Below, piece by piece: positions 12,916 to 26,144 of a DNA stretch of 64,000 bases; the stretch's first letter is position 1; each line of letters begins with the position of its first letter. Where the stretch lies: assembly GCF_006345805.1 (NCBI RefSeq), contig NC_042997.1:97898001-97962000 (forward strand), in the 5' to 3' direction. A program made the position numbers and the translations under genes. Under the pieces are notes generated by a model. That model was not told where the DNA came from, did no database searches, and saw nothing but the letters and a program-made list of their open reading frames with translations. The DNA is from Octopus sinensis (Eukaryota).

Positions 12916-13440
12916 CAGTTGCTGGTGATATGTTAAACTACGTAAAAGAGAGAGAAATGTGACTAATTCTTGCAGTAAATACATCTAAAGCAAAATTGTT
13001 TCATAGACCCTTAAAATATTACTGCAGATCCCAAATTTAGTACTTTGCTTGTTTGAAACCTCCACCCCACTCCAATCCGCAAAAAATCTTACATGGACCA
13101 CCAAGGGTCACATGGACCCGGGTTGAGAACCACTGATACAAATAAACAAGTAATATAATCAGTAAAGAAAGAAATTATTACAAAAAAATAAAATAAAATA
13201 AAAGCACTAAAATGTGTGTTTGTGACAAACCACTACTTTTCATATTTTCAAAAACAAAAGTTTTGATATCATCAAATTAATAATGTTAAACAAGTCAGAA
13301 TATATGCACACGTGTATGTATGCATGTATATCTATGTATGTGTATAAGTATGCATGCATAAATGTATACATAAGTGTATAAGTATGCATACACATAAATG
13401 TATACATACATGTACACACACAGGAATGTATATATATATG

Positions 13441-13694
13441 CATATTTATTCCAATACTTGCAAATTTATATTTGGATATTACACTGATGAGAACAAAAGG
13501 TAATTATGTTTTACTTTAAGTTCGAAACGCGTCTGTAATTAACCGCTGTCGATTTGATTCATCATTTTCCTTTTTGCCTACATTAAAAAAAGGGTGTTAT
13601 TTTCTCGGAATTTTTATGGTAGTTGAAAAGACATTTGCGTCTATTTCTAATTCAGTACGTGGTGAGGCAATTAGCCGCCCCCTCATTATAATTA

Positions 13695-13695
<1 letters not shown>
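13441..13695 (+). mobile_element. Penelope-like terminal-repeat fragment carrying a hammerhead ribozyme
   Basis: Contains the hammerhead below; downstream sequence is homologous to the minus strand of 34960-35200; flanked by TA/TG microsatellites. Confidence 0.7.
13478..13539 (+). ncRNA. Minimal type I hammerhead ribozyme
   Basis: Stem I ATTACA/TGTAAT (6 bp), core CTGATGA (13484-13490), stem II GAAC/GTTC, GAAA (13524-13527), palindromic ACGCGT stem III, GUC cleavage triplet ending at 13533. Confidence 0.88.
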
Positions 13696-13739
<44 letters not shown>

Positions 13740-13743
<4 letters not shown>

Positions 13744-14130
13744 AGGCGTGGCTGTATCGTAAGAAGCTTGCTTCCCAACCACATAGTTCCGGGTTCAATC
13801 CCACAGCATTGCACTTTGGGCAAGTGTCTTCTACATTAGCCTCGGGCCGACCAAAGTCTTGTGAGTGGATTTGGTAGACGCAATCTGAAAGCCCGTCGTA
13901 TATATATATATGTGTGTGTGTGTGTATATTTATGTGTGTGTGTGTGTCTTTGTGTCTGTGTTGTCCCCCACCCTCGCTTGACAACCGATGCTGGTGTGTT
14001 TATGTCCCTGTAACTTAGCGGTTCGGCAAAAGAAACCGATAAAATAAGTACTAGACTTACAGAGAATAAGTACTTGGGTAGATTTGTCCAACTAAAACTC
14101 TTTAAGGCGGTGCTCTAGCATAGTCGCAAT
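13740..14130 (+). mobile_element. SINE family A
   Basis: Head, core and tail match other A copies. Confidence 0.9.
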
Positions 14131-14289
14131 CAACTTGTGTAAACTCGATTAAACAAATATCTAAAAAATATGAAAGTTATGTTGTGAAGAAAAACAAAAC
14201 GATAACAGTTAAAAGGCTTATTTACGAGTTTAGTTTAAAGCATTTGGATTAAATGGTTTCTATGTCATTCTTTGTCCTTTCTTATGGAA

Positions 14290-14600
14290 AGGCACATAGT
14301 TCAGTGGTTACAGCGGCGGGCTCACAAACATTAGGTAGTGAGATCGATTCCTGGACCGGGCTGTATATTGTGTTCTTGAGCAAGACACTTTATTTCACGT
14401 TGCTCCAGTGCATTCAGCAAAAGAAATTGTCACTGGTGCCAATCTGTATCGACCTTTACCTTTCCCTTGGATAACACTGGTGGCATGGAGAGGGGAGGCT
14501 GCTATGCATGGGCGACTGATGGTCTTCTATAAACAACCTTGCTCGGACTTGTGCCTCGGAGGGTAACATTCTAGGTGCAATCTCATGCTTGTTCTTTAAC
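14290..14600 (+). mobile_element. SINE family C (tRNA-derived)
   Basis: A box cagtggtta, B box gatcgattcc, tgtgttcttgagcaagacactttatttcacgttgctccag body; matches 32800-33130. Confidence 0.88.
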
Positions 14601-14744
14601 CCAGCACTCTCTAATTTAGGTACAAGACCAGCAATTAAGGGGAAGCGTGAGTCGATTAAAACGAGCTGAAAGAATGTAAAGCTGATCTCGTCGGCATTGT
14701 TCTAACAATTCATAATCTACACCGTGTTAATAATCTAGTTACTA

Positions 14745-15200
14745 ATATTGGTTTCAAATTTTGGCACAAGGCAAGCAATTTCGGGGGAGGGGACAAGTAA
14801 CAGTTCTCAATTGGTACTAATTTTTATCGAATCCTAAAGAATGAAAGGCAAAGTCTATCTCGGCAGAATTTGGCATCAGAACGTAAAGACGGACGAAATG
14901 CCGTTAAGCATTTTGCTCAGCGTGCTAACAATTCTGCCATCTCACTGCCTTTATTCTAGTTACCGATATTAAATAATGCAGTTCAAAGCCGCGAGCTGGC
15001 AGAATCGTTAGCACGCCAGGCAAAATACTTAGTGACATTTCGTTCGTCTTTACCTTCTGAGTTCAAATTCCGCCGAGGTCGACTTTGCCGATCATCCTTT
15101 CGGAGTCGATAAAATATGTACTAGTTGAACACGGTGTCAATCTAATCGAGTTATCTCCTTCCCACAAAATTACTGGCCTTGTGCCAAAAATTGAAATCAA
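14745..15200. mobile_element. Two SINE family B copies head-to-head (minus 14745-14952, plus 14986-15200)
   Basis: gagctggcagaatcgttagcacgcc head and ttctgagttcaaattccgccgaggtcgactttgcc...catcctttc...gtcgataaa body in both orientations. Confidence 0.88.
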
Positions 15201-15879
15201 TATCAGATAATGTAGTAAGGTGATGAGCTAGGAAAATCATTAGCATGCCAGGCAAAATACTTATCGAATTTTTGTTCAGGATCGTCCTGGGTCAAACAAT
15301 AACCATTTTAGCGACAACCGCAAGGATGAAACTAAAATTGATATTCAAACTCATTGTGTAAAAAGACGTGTGTATAATCTAAGGTGGCGATCTGGCAGAA
15401 TCATAGGAAAGTGGAAAAACTGCTTTTCAGAATTTGTCCGGACATTCTGTTATCAGAGAGCAAAAACATGATTGATAGCACCACAGGAAACAATATAATT
15501 TCGTTAAATAAGTCCTTCCCTTCTTTAGTAATTTCTATAAAATATTAACTCAGGGTGCGCTACACTTGTCCATGCAAATATGTAAAGATCGACAAGCTGT
15601 TTTGGGGTACTATAAGAAAATATGGATAATTAACCATTGTGCTAAATTAGCGAATAAATATTATGTTGTGTTTTAAAAACATTCAGTGGGGATGGACCTT
15701 AGTTTGAAACAGTTAAGAACCTCGTTCTAGACATATAATAGAAGGCATTTCAGCTATGGCAATCGTCTACTAATTTCTAGAATTCAGGCATCTAAAATTA
15801 CTGTACCCAATTTGACCTCCGTTTGTTTTTTTATGACTAGGTTATATTTTAATAGATAATTTAACCGAAGAACTTCAGA

Positions 15880-16600
15880 AGTAGTTTGCGTCTCGGCTGT
15901 TGAAAGACAAACCTACTTTATGCTACAAAAATACTGCATCGAAATTTACTGAATTAACTTTTGTGTATGGTCTGAAGTTGAAGATACTTAAGACAATGGG
16001 GCAAAATGTGATTAACATGACGATAATCAACTATCCCATGCTTTCTATAAGAGCCTATAAAAGGGAGAGTTAGCCAACGCATTTATCTGTGCCCAGTGGA
16101 CTAAGGAAGCCGCAAAACCATTAAAAAATAATAATAAAACAATCTATTTAAGTTTGACAAAAAACTTTATAAACGGTTGGCCCATTCTAGTTGATCATGA
16201 AAACTCTACAAAATATAAAGAATGCCAATAGTTGCCAATAGTTACTCAACCCGAATCTAATTTCAAACATTTACGATAGCTAGAAACCAATGTCTGTGAG
16301 TGCAAAGCAGACCTTCCAGAATGGAAAAATCACTCAGATATCATCAACAAGAGTGGTATGAGAACAAACCAACATCTACAAGACTGAAAAATATAGCAGT
16401 TCAGTCATCAGATTGCGAAAATCTGGTTTTCCGAACCAACGTCTTTGATATAGGGGCAGGCGCGAGAGGACTTGTGGGTAAATCTTCATATGATCACATG
16501 AAGCAGCTGTCAGTTTCAGGGAGAAATGGAACAGAATCTTGGAATGCATAATTTACCATATATTTAACTGGCATCTCAGAGAACTGGTTACGACGCCCAA
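15880..16600 (+). pseudogene. 3' relic of a restriction-like-endonuclease non-LTR retrotransposon (HERO/R2-like)
   Basis: Degenerate TWRHNQ-like motif near 16013, CKADLPEWKNHSDIINKSGMR, EQTNIYKTEKY, AGARGLVGKSSYDHMKQL, resembling the H.RK..KY...VEVG.RGF.G.S pattern. Confidence 0.6.
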
Positions 16601-17599
16601 GGTACCCCTTATTCCGGGGCACCTTGACCACCTAGGAAAGTTGCAATGTAGTCAGTAGCATAGAAGGTGGCAGTATAAGGGAGTCCATGAGTCAACTGGA
16701 TGCTTCCCCATCTCCCTTAGAACGAAGTGGAGATTATTATTTGAAGACCTTCTGCTGTTTAGTTTCCCCTAGATTTTCCTAATATAAATGGCGCCTTACT
16801 CTAATATTTAATCGGTGGATCACTAAATTGATCTGATAATAAGTAAAGGGAGTGTACCTGTGAAAGGTTACACCGAACACAAACTTATGAATCTAATAAT
16901 GAATGTTATTGCCCTGGCTTCGCCTGATGGGTTACTTAACGGCTTAAAATGTCAAAATATTCATTATTAATTGATAAATCAACTTAATATGGGTCTTACA
17001 AAACTAGTGTGCTTGTGTGCAAAGCATTTTAAAAAATGAAAACAAATGAGTGTAAACATCGTTTCTTAAAGGATAATTCTTCTTGTATCTACAATCAGTG
17101 AAAGGTTTTAGAATGAAATCGAAACAGGTCCCGAAAGGATGAGGAAATAGCTTTCCTAACTTTAAAGAGTTAACGCTACGCTTATGAATGTAGTCATAAT
17201 TTCATAAACTAGATCTAGGATGATATTGGCATATAGGCCAATGTTTGAATGGCTTATAACATAGCCTAACCTATTTGATAACTCTAGCTGTCTTGTATAC
17301 AAAGACAACAAACGAAACGAACCAGTTAGCGTAATCATTTTTCAGCCATTGTATACGTTTTTGCTTAAGATTATAATTGTGTAAACCCAAATTTAAAGTT
17401 GAAATACTTTCACTTAGATTTCTGAATTCTGCTTGTTGATCATAGCTTACATTGACCAGAAATCCACCATTTCGATATATAGCATATATTTACTATATCT
17501 TCTGGTCCAAATTTGGCAAATTCTTTTTTAAAGCAACTCATTTACAATGCATCCTCGCAAATTAAGATAACAAAACGAAATGGAAAATGCAAAAAAGAA

Positions 17600-18738
17600 A
17601 ACAAAATGAGATGAGGCAGAAAAATGTATAGCAGACACTGTTATGGGTATAGCAGCACCAAACAGGCTTCCTGCCTAAGACCCCCAAGGTCCATCTGTTT
17701 TGAAAAATTCGAAAAGATTGTTAAAAAGATTAGTTTGTGACGTTCTAAAAGAAAGAGCTGATGTAATCAAAAGTGAACTTAACAAAGATACTTGTACAAA
17801 TATAACCATAAATTTAGATATGATTTCATAAAGATACAAACAGTTGATTTTGTCAGGAAAATATCTTGAAATTTCAGGGCATTACCGGAGAATTACAGGA
17901 TGGAGATTAGCTTGTTAGAAACCCAAACAGAGAAGCAGTAGCTTGCCATGTCAAGTTTTCTCGTACGTCACAAGTGACTCAGCTTCAAAGCTTACTACAG
18001 CACCACTTAAAAAAATCCAATAGACGGCTAATGTTAAGTAACAAAACTAAGTATTAGGGTCTTAGAACATGAAAGAAGCAAAAGCAACAGAGAATGGCAT
18101 ATAGCTTGGGGAGAGATTCAAAGATGTCTTTCATCTGAGAAAGCGAGTTAACTCTTTATTCAAAGCACTAACCAAAGCAGTGAAATGCGTTGAAAGGGGA
18201 ACGCATTAAGTGGATCGTCATATCGAACTGGAAATCAAAACAATGGAATCTTCTTAGCTCTGGCAAAGTTGCTCTCAATACGAGACCTTATTCACGAAAA
18301 GCGTGTACTACGGGTAAAAGAATACCAGAAAAAGGGTAATCATTTTCAAATTCACTACCTATCTTCTTAGTCAAACAATGAATATATCCCCAAAAGTTCT
18401 AAGCCTGTTAAACAACATATTTTATTGGAAAAGAGGTCTTTAAAATATCTCGCGATTATTACGGATACAAATTCAAATACCTTTCACGTTGAGCAGACAA
18501 CATTTAGGCTGTTAATGCTTACCGAGATATAACAAAAATTAAAAAAAAATCTTTTGCTTGTAGGCGCAGGAGTGGCTGTGTGGTAAGTAGCTTGTTTATC
18601 AACCACATAGTTCCGAGTTCAGTCCCACTACGTGGAAGCTTGAGCAAGTGTCTTCTATAGCTTCGGGCCAAAGCTTTGTGAGTGGATTTGGTAGACGGAA
18701 ACTGAAAGAAGCCCGTCATATATATATATATATATATA

Positions 18739-18776
<38 letters not shown>

Positions 18777-19720
18777 TTGTGTGTCTGTGTTTGTCACTCC
18801 ACCATCGCTTGACATTCAAATAAGTACTAGGCTTACAAAGAATAAGTCCCGGGGTCGATTTTCTCGACTAAAGACGGTGCTCTAGCATAGCAACAGTCAA
18901 AATGACTGAAACAAGTAAAAGAAAAGATTGCAGCAATAGTCACGGAAAAGCGTTAACTATTTGCACTTCGGAAAATAATGTGTTTCCTGTAAGCGACGGC
19001 AAGGTGCAAGCATATGTAAACGGTGCCAACATGGAAGAAAGCAAATGACGTTCAAACGGAACTAATACAATGTTCAATGGCAATCATTTCTTCCATGTGG
19101 CTGACATATTCTCAAAAGAGTTGAAACGACGCAAGTGAGTGCTTATTACAAGCCATACCACATTTGTGAACAATTCAAATGATTTCTAACTTGCTATTGT
19201 CCTTAGCAAGAGGAAGTACTTTAAAATCGCGTGCTGTTCCTTATACGGCATACCAGAAACCAGATGGTCCGATAAACTTGGAAGTATAAAACCTTTTGTA
19301 TCTCACCTTACTGGCATTCGCTTGGCATCGCAAAATCTTTTTAGAGTTTAAATTTACAGCAAATACAAAGAAGGAAAAGAAGAAAATATTAGAATACCCA
19401 AACAGTTTTGTTTCTGCATTTATGTCGGTTGTTTTGTATAAGTGTTGGCTCCAATAGATATTTGCAACGAAGTTGTTCAAGTTTGAGATTTCACATTGGG
19501 TGATGAGATATCTGACATTGAAACGTACATTGAAGATTTAATGAAGTTACGAAACAAATGGAAATAAAATGCCTCTGTAATGAAGCCAAATAGATGGTGC
19601 CAGATCACAAAATGTTTAATTTCCATCACGTGATCTGACACCATCCAATTGGTTTCATATCAGAAGCGTATTTCAGAGAACATCGAGAACGATATGCTCA
19701 GCTTATAGTAACCGAGTCCC
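17600..19720 (+). pseudogene. hAT-superfamily transposase pseudogene (ZMYM1/DUF4371-like)
   Basis: Ordered motifs across frameshifts: GNQNNGIFLALAKLLS (18230), HYLS, KYLAIITDT..FHVEQTTF (18443), VQAYVNGANM (19004), PCG.HIL, ETRWS (19257), APIDICNEVVQ; split by a SINE. Confidence 0.82.
18561..18927 (+). mobile_element. SINE family A inserted in the hAT pseudogene
   Basis: Full head aggcgcaggagtggctgtgtggtaag, with an internal deletion. Confidence 0.9.
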
Positions 19721-21157
19721 TGCTTACAGAAACTATTCTAGGTTGACCATACAAATCACAAATTTGTGGTCTGTATAACTGACCACTTTGAACTATGGAC
19801 CACTTGCGCCATCCTTGCCTACTAAGCTACAGACTACTCAGACTAGATACGATCTGGATGATCCGATATGGTTTGCTCTTCTTTAGAGTCACACATTCGA
19901 GAAATCCGGTCAGTTGCCATACTTAAGGACAACTATATTTCAGACCTACTTGGTGATTTACCAAGATTGAGTTTTGAATCAAGTACCGCCAGAGATTACT
20001 TTTTCTTTATCTTTTAGGCAAGAGATGTAACACAGCCCATGACGGTCTACAGGAAGTTCGAGACTGTTGGAACGAAAAAGGATTTATTCTCAAACCGGAG
20101 ACCAGGTCCGAATGCTTGCAACAGAGTGGACTCCGCTAAAATTACTCTAGGTACCCGAGGTGCCTGGTAATAGTGTTTTTTTTTTTAATTGGGCGATGGA
20201 TTAACTCTACCACTCAAGTAGGCAATGGTGGGATTTGAATTAAAAATCCAGGAGCCGGAACAATTACTTCGACGCATTTGGTCCAACATTCTTAGAGTTT
20301 CATTCATCCACTGTCTTGGAGTGGTAGTTTTTATTTTTTATCAACCTCGAATGAATGAAAGGCAAAGGTGAGTTCGGTGGGATTTGAAGTCAGAGCAAAG
20401 AGAATCGGAATAAATACAGCACGGCCTTCTATTCGATTCTACCAATTCACCAGCTGAAAATTGATTTTGGGAATTTCATTTGAAATTTTGTAACTAAAAG
20501 AAGCCAGAAAAGCTAATTACATTAACTGATTAAGTTTATCATTGCTTTGTATAAAGTACGATGTTATCTGGTCATTCTGGTGCAGAGGAAATTAAGCATT
20601 TACGAAAGTTTATCAGTGGTCATATGCAAGATAGCCTGAGATTAGTAATCCTGTTTTCCTAATAATATACCAAAACCAGTTTATATTGTTCATATTTTAT
20701 CATAACCGTAGTTTTTTACAAAGAGGAAATATTACGTTCAAATTTCATATTATCCCATTATTTTTAATAACTAAAAGATTTAACTTACGATTTAGCACCC
20801 TTTTAGACTTTTAAGGGAACACCCATCTCGTTAACACTCAAAAACCTTCTTATTCTGCTTTCCAACATTTCTTCCGGAGGATCTATGGTACTATATGCGC
20901 ATCAGGATTGAATACATTGAAAGCGCTTACAAGGTCTCCTATTATAATTCGGTTTACTGCTTGGACACTTAATAGAAGGTACGTACAACCGTCTTTTAAT
21001 AACTGGCTTTATGTGATATGATATACAACTTATATAATCGGGCTGCACAGCTATAAGAATAATTTAATGAAATTCCCGTGTCGTGTTGAAACACACGAAC
21101 ACACAGACACAGACACACTCACATAGACACACACACACACAACATACACACTTTCTT

Positions 21158-21196
<39 letters not shown>

Positions 21197-21636
21197 AACG
21201 AATGCACCACAAATATAACATATATTATACTGAAGCTTATATTAAAGCAAAAATAACGCATTATGTTACAAGTGCTTCTCATAAGGTTAGGCTCTGAGGA
21301 TTGAAAAGTGGACGAAAAAATGTCAGGTTTAATAAAAACGTAAGGTAGATTTAAACTTTCCCAACACCATAGCATAGAAAGAAGAATGTTATGGATTCAG
21401 ACTCTGTTTTACTTTCACATTAATAAGAGACGGATATAGGGGTGTGTGTAAAAAATTCATTAATAATAATTTTTTTGGTGAGAAGTTAGGACTGGTATTT
21501 GAACCTCTGTATTATATTTAGTAAATTATAAATATTTTAATCGAAAACGTAAGAGAGAAAGAGAAGCGAAATTATTCGAATTAATAGATCTAAATATATT
21601 ATGTTATATGTATGTTCGTGACTTTGTGCGACATAA

Positions 21637-21870
21637 CGCAAGACGTATCTCAGGTATCAGTGGCGAGGCGGGACTCGTGGGGTTCGAATTGAACCCGCCA
21701 TCCCACTCCATCCGTAAAGTCTTCCAGTCTGTCCTATCATTCGATTTATTTATATTTTTTGTGAATTTTTAATGTAATCTTTATGTTATATCCATTCGTC
21801 CATCTGACCCCAATCAGATTGTATTGTCCCTTATCTATGTTGTCCCCTTGTGGGAAATAAAAAAAAAATC
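21637..21870 (+). mobile_element. 5'-truncated non-LTR retroposon 3' end with poly(A) and 17-bp TSD
   Basis: Ends gtccccttgtgggaAATAAAaaaaaaa; TSD gactttgtgcgacataa (21620-21636) / gactttgtgcgtcataa (21871-21887). Confidence 0.8.
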
Positions 21871-23109
21871 GACTTTGTGCGTCATAATGATCGACTATCA
21901 AGCATTGTAAATTTCCATCGTCGTCGGCTTTATCTCGTATCCGGGTAGGAGATCAGTAGCGAATAATCTTCTTCATCTTGATAGATGCGGAGGGTGCCAG
22001 TGCCTAAAGTGGCTGTTCAAGTTAAAAGCGGTGCAGAAGAGTCGGGGCATTTATGGTAGGGAAGAGCTAGTAGGGGACGAGGAAGTGTGAGTCGCATTGA
22101 AAAATTAACCATGCCTTAATCTGTTAAAAATGTTATTTTTCGTTCCCAAAAGACGACATGCAATGCAGAGCTGGCAGGATTTGAATCAAAAACGTAAAGG
22201 ACAGCAGGCATTTTACCTGAAGCTCTAATGATAGGCATTTTAGAAATGACAAATGACAGCCATATCTCTTTCAAATCACACCCCTGAATATTAAAACAAA
22301 AATAGAATGCAGTGTGACTATAATTAAGCTAGTGTCAACCCATCTGAGGAGGGCACGGAGAGGCTAATTAGAAATATATGTGATGCAAAAATTTATATTG
22401 GCCAATGACTAATATTATTTTGTTAAGTACGAGAGATAACTTTGTGCATGCTTTTGTTTTATATGACCTTATCAACAAAGCAAAGCCTTCACCGTACGGC
22501 GTAGTACTGACATGTTTAAAAATACATGGATTGTGACGACGGTAAATGTATTAAAGGCTGCTCAGGCGTTGAACTATCTGAATCGTTAGGGCATCTGACA
22601 AAATTGCTTGCCGTATTTAGCTACAATTCTTTACGTTCTGAGTTCTAATCCAGTCGAAGTTAGTTTTGGTTTTCATTTTCTGGAGGATCGCTAAAATAAG
22701 GTACCAAACAAATATTGGAGCTGGTTTAATTGAGCAACCTTTCCTACCAAATTTGCGAGCCTGGTATCTATCAATGTTAGAAATCATTATAGGCTTGTTC
22801 GATCATAGCTGGCCTGAAGATAAACAACAACAACAACAACAGCATCATCATCATCATCAGCAGCAACAACTAAATTCGTTGTTAGTAAATCCAACCGCAA
22901 TGAAGCTAAGCAACAATCAAAATTAGCCAGTCTTGCCTTAAGCTGTGTCTCGGAAAAGAATTGAGCGAACTCAGCATTTCGTCAGACTGATAAAGCGCTC
23001 AGTCATTTACCATCAGTATATAGAGCTTCTTTTTCTTCTGCATCATCGTCGTCGTCGTCACGATACTTATCATCCTCGTCATCGTCACCAACTACTACTA
23101 CTACTACTA

Positions 23110-23264
23110 CTCTTTATTCTTTCCTTCTTTCTTTCTTTCTTTCTTTCTTTCTTCTTTCATTTTTTTCTTTTTTCTTCTTTCCTTTCCTTCCTTCTTTTTC
23201 TTTCTTCTTCCTTATTGTTCTTTCTTTCTTTCTTCTTTTTCTTTCTTTCTTTCTTTCTTCCCTC

Positions 23265-23297
<33 letters not shown>

Positions 23298-23412
23298 TTT
23301 CCTCCTTTCTTTCTTTCTTTCTTTCTTTCCTCCTTTCCTTCCTTTCTTCCTTTCTTTCTTTCTTTTTTTCTTTCCTTCTTTCTTCCTTCTTTCTTTCTTT
23401 CTTTCTTTCTTC
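23110..23412. repeat. (TTTC)n / (TTCC)n polypyrimidine microsatellite
   Basis: Direct inspection; similar tract at 39350-39670. Confidence 0.92.
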
Positions 23413-23866
23413 CAGCCCACCCTAACATCTTCCCCTACAATATACCTCCACCGAACACAATCACCGCCCCCGTATTTTCTTTTATTTGCATTCACAATAA
23501 CACCTATTTTAGTGGTTGTCGATTGCGGGGGTGTGTGTTCAGTAATATGAGAATATTGACTGGCTTAAAACCCCCATCTGTCATGAGATTTAGATAATAT
23601 GCACTTCCTCACGTAACTCACCCCGACCCTCCACCCAAATAACCATTCTTCTGTTCTAAGACGGAGAGACGATATCCCCCAAGTATTATTAGCTTTGGTT
23701 TTTGGAACCAACGTTTTCAACCGACCAAACCTTGAATAAATACGCAACGGCAAAAAAAAAAAAAAACGACAAGAACAACAGCAAGAACTAGCAACAACAG
23801 CAACAACAACAACAACAAATCACAAGAACAATAGCAACATACCCACCAAAAGACAACAACAACAAC

Positions 23867-23918
<52 letters not shown>

Positions 23919-24714
23919 TTGATAACGCTAATAACAATACAAGAAGAGGAACCGAAAAACGGAGTGAAATTACGCGAAGCTAATTATATACAAAGGTAAA
24001 TTGCTCTTATTACGTTTTCGTTATGAATCGGAAAAAATCGGAATATTCCGTATTTTAGCGGTAATAATTTGTATTAATGTATTTGTTGAAATAGCGAAAC
24101 ATTTTCATGCTACGTAAATTCACACACAAACACAGTAGCATACTTATATTTCCCCTCTGTCTACCTGCATGTCTGTCTGTCTGCCTGCCCATATGCATGT
24201 TTCTGTTTGTTTATGTCTGTCGGTTTGCCTGTCTGTCTGTCTGTCTGTATACCTGCTTGTTTGCTTTGACTGTGCTTCCGTGCGTTCGTTCGCACGTTCT
24301 TTCGTTCGTTCGTTCGTTCGTTCGTATCTGTAATATATCTATTTCCCTATTTTATATTAAAACGATCGATTTTTCGAACTTTCTTCTCTCAATCTGTCTT
24401 AAGATACAAATCGCATCTCTACAAACTCGCAATCAAAATATAAACACTGACAGACGCGCTTACATCCTCCCACCCCCCACACAGACCCCCCACACACACG
24501 TACATACATACATACATACATACATACATACACACGTGTGTGAGTGTGTGTTTATATATTTTTATGAGTGGGTGCGTAAATATATATGTATATATGTGTG
24601 TATGTTTGCGTGTACTTACACACACATACATATATGTAAAGTCTCACCAATAAACTCATATATTACTCCTTTAGTCTTTCCCTCAAGGGATGTTGATATG
24701 CTGGGGCTCTGCTT

Positions 24715-24790
<76 letters not shown>

Positions 24791-24833
24791 TTGTCTATCT
24801 ATCTATCTATTTGTCTATCTATCTATCTATTTG

Positions 24834-24878
<45 letters not shown>

Positions 24879-24935
24879 TTTTCTGTCTTTCATCCTACAT
24901 ACACACGCACACACACATGTATAAACATATATGAA

Positions 24936-25087
24936 TGGCCGTGTGGTAAGAAGCTTGCTTAACAACCACATAGTTCCGGGTTCAGTCCTACTGCGTGGCA
25001 CCTTGGGCAAGTGTCTTCTACTATAGCCTCGGGCCGACCAAAGCCTTGTGAGTGGATTTGATAGACTGAAAGTGAAAGAAACCTGGC

Positions 25088-25125
<38 letters not shown>

Positions 25126-25330
25126 TTGTGTGTCTGTGCTTGTCTCCCACCATTGGTTGACATCGATGTTGGTGTGTTTATGTCCCTGTATTCTAGTGGT
25201 ACGGCTTAAGGGACCAACAGAATAAGTACTAGGCGTACAAAGAATAAGTTCTGGGGGTGATTTGTTCGACTAAAGGCGTTGCTCCAGCATGGCTGCAGTC
25301 AAATGACTTAAACAAGTAAAAGAACAAAAG
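24936..25330 (+). mobile_element. SINE family A
   Basis: Head, core and tail match other copies. Confidence 0.9.
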
Positions 25331-25589
25331 TATATATTCGCAGTAATGTGTGCTTTGGTAAACTCAGACAACTCACATACACACATACTGAGATAGATGG
25401 AGATTGTTAGATAGCTGGAGAGACAAAGAAGAATAGAAAAAGTGAGGAAGAGGCAGAGGGAGTGAGTGAGAGAGAGGGAGAGAGAGAGAGAGAAAGAGAG
25501 AGTGAAGGAGAGGGAGAGAGAGTGCGAGAGAAAAGGCGAGAGAATGGGAGAACGTTTGTATGTGTGTCTTTGTGTGTGTGTATGTATGT

Positions 25590-25632
<43 letters not shown>

Positions 25633-25847
25633 GAAGGATGGAGGGAAGAAAAGAAGGAAGGAAGACAGAAGGAGATAAGTTTCAGAACAGTTTCTGTCAA
25701 TCGATTTTCAATCAGAATTAATTAAGTGAAGCTACCGTAGAAAACATCTATCTACCCAAGCTGTTGCGCAGTGAATTCGAACGCAGAACTACGTCGTAGC
25801 TAAACGAACTTCGAAAACACTGCTATACCAGTGCGTGTGCGCGCACA

Positions 25848-25887
<40 letters not shown>

Positions 25888-25912
25888 CTCTAGTTTTATC
25901 TCACACGCATGC

Positions 25913-25971
<59 letters not shown>

Positions 25972-26076
25972 CATACATACGTACATGCATGTATACACAT
26001 GCAAATACATACATATGTGCAGATGTATAGATGTATACATATGTATATCATATCTATCTATCTATATATCTATCTA

Positions 26077-26144
<68 letters not shown>

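Noticed and set aside
20018-20150. Strong acceptor ttactttttctttatcttttAG followed by open frames
   Set aside because: Peptides unrecognisable and no convincing donor or partner exon
22945-23550. 201-aa F/L/S-rich ORF resembling a membrane protein, and K/E/R-rich antisense ORFs
   Set aside because: Product of the (TTTC)n tract
24107-24934. Longest ORF in the track (275 aa)
   Set aside because: Chain of stop-free microsatellites with no domain signal
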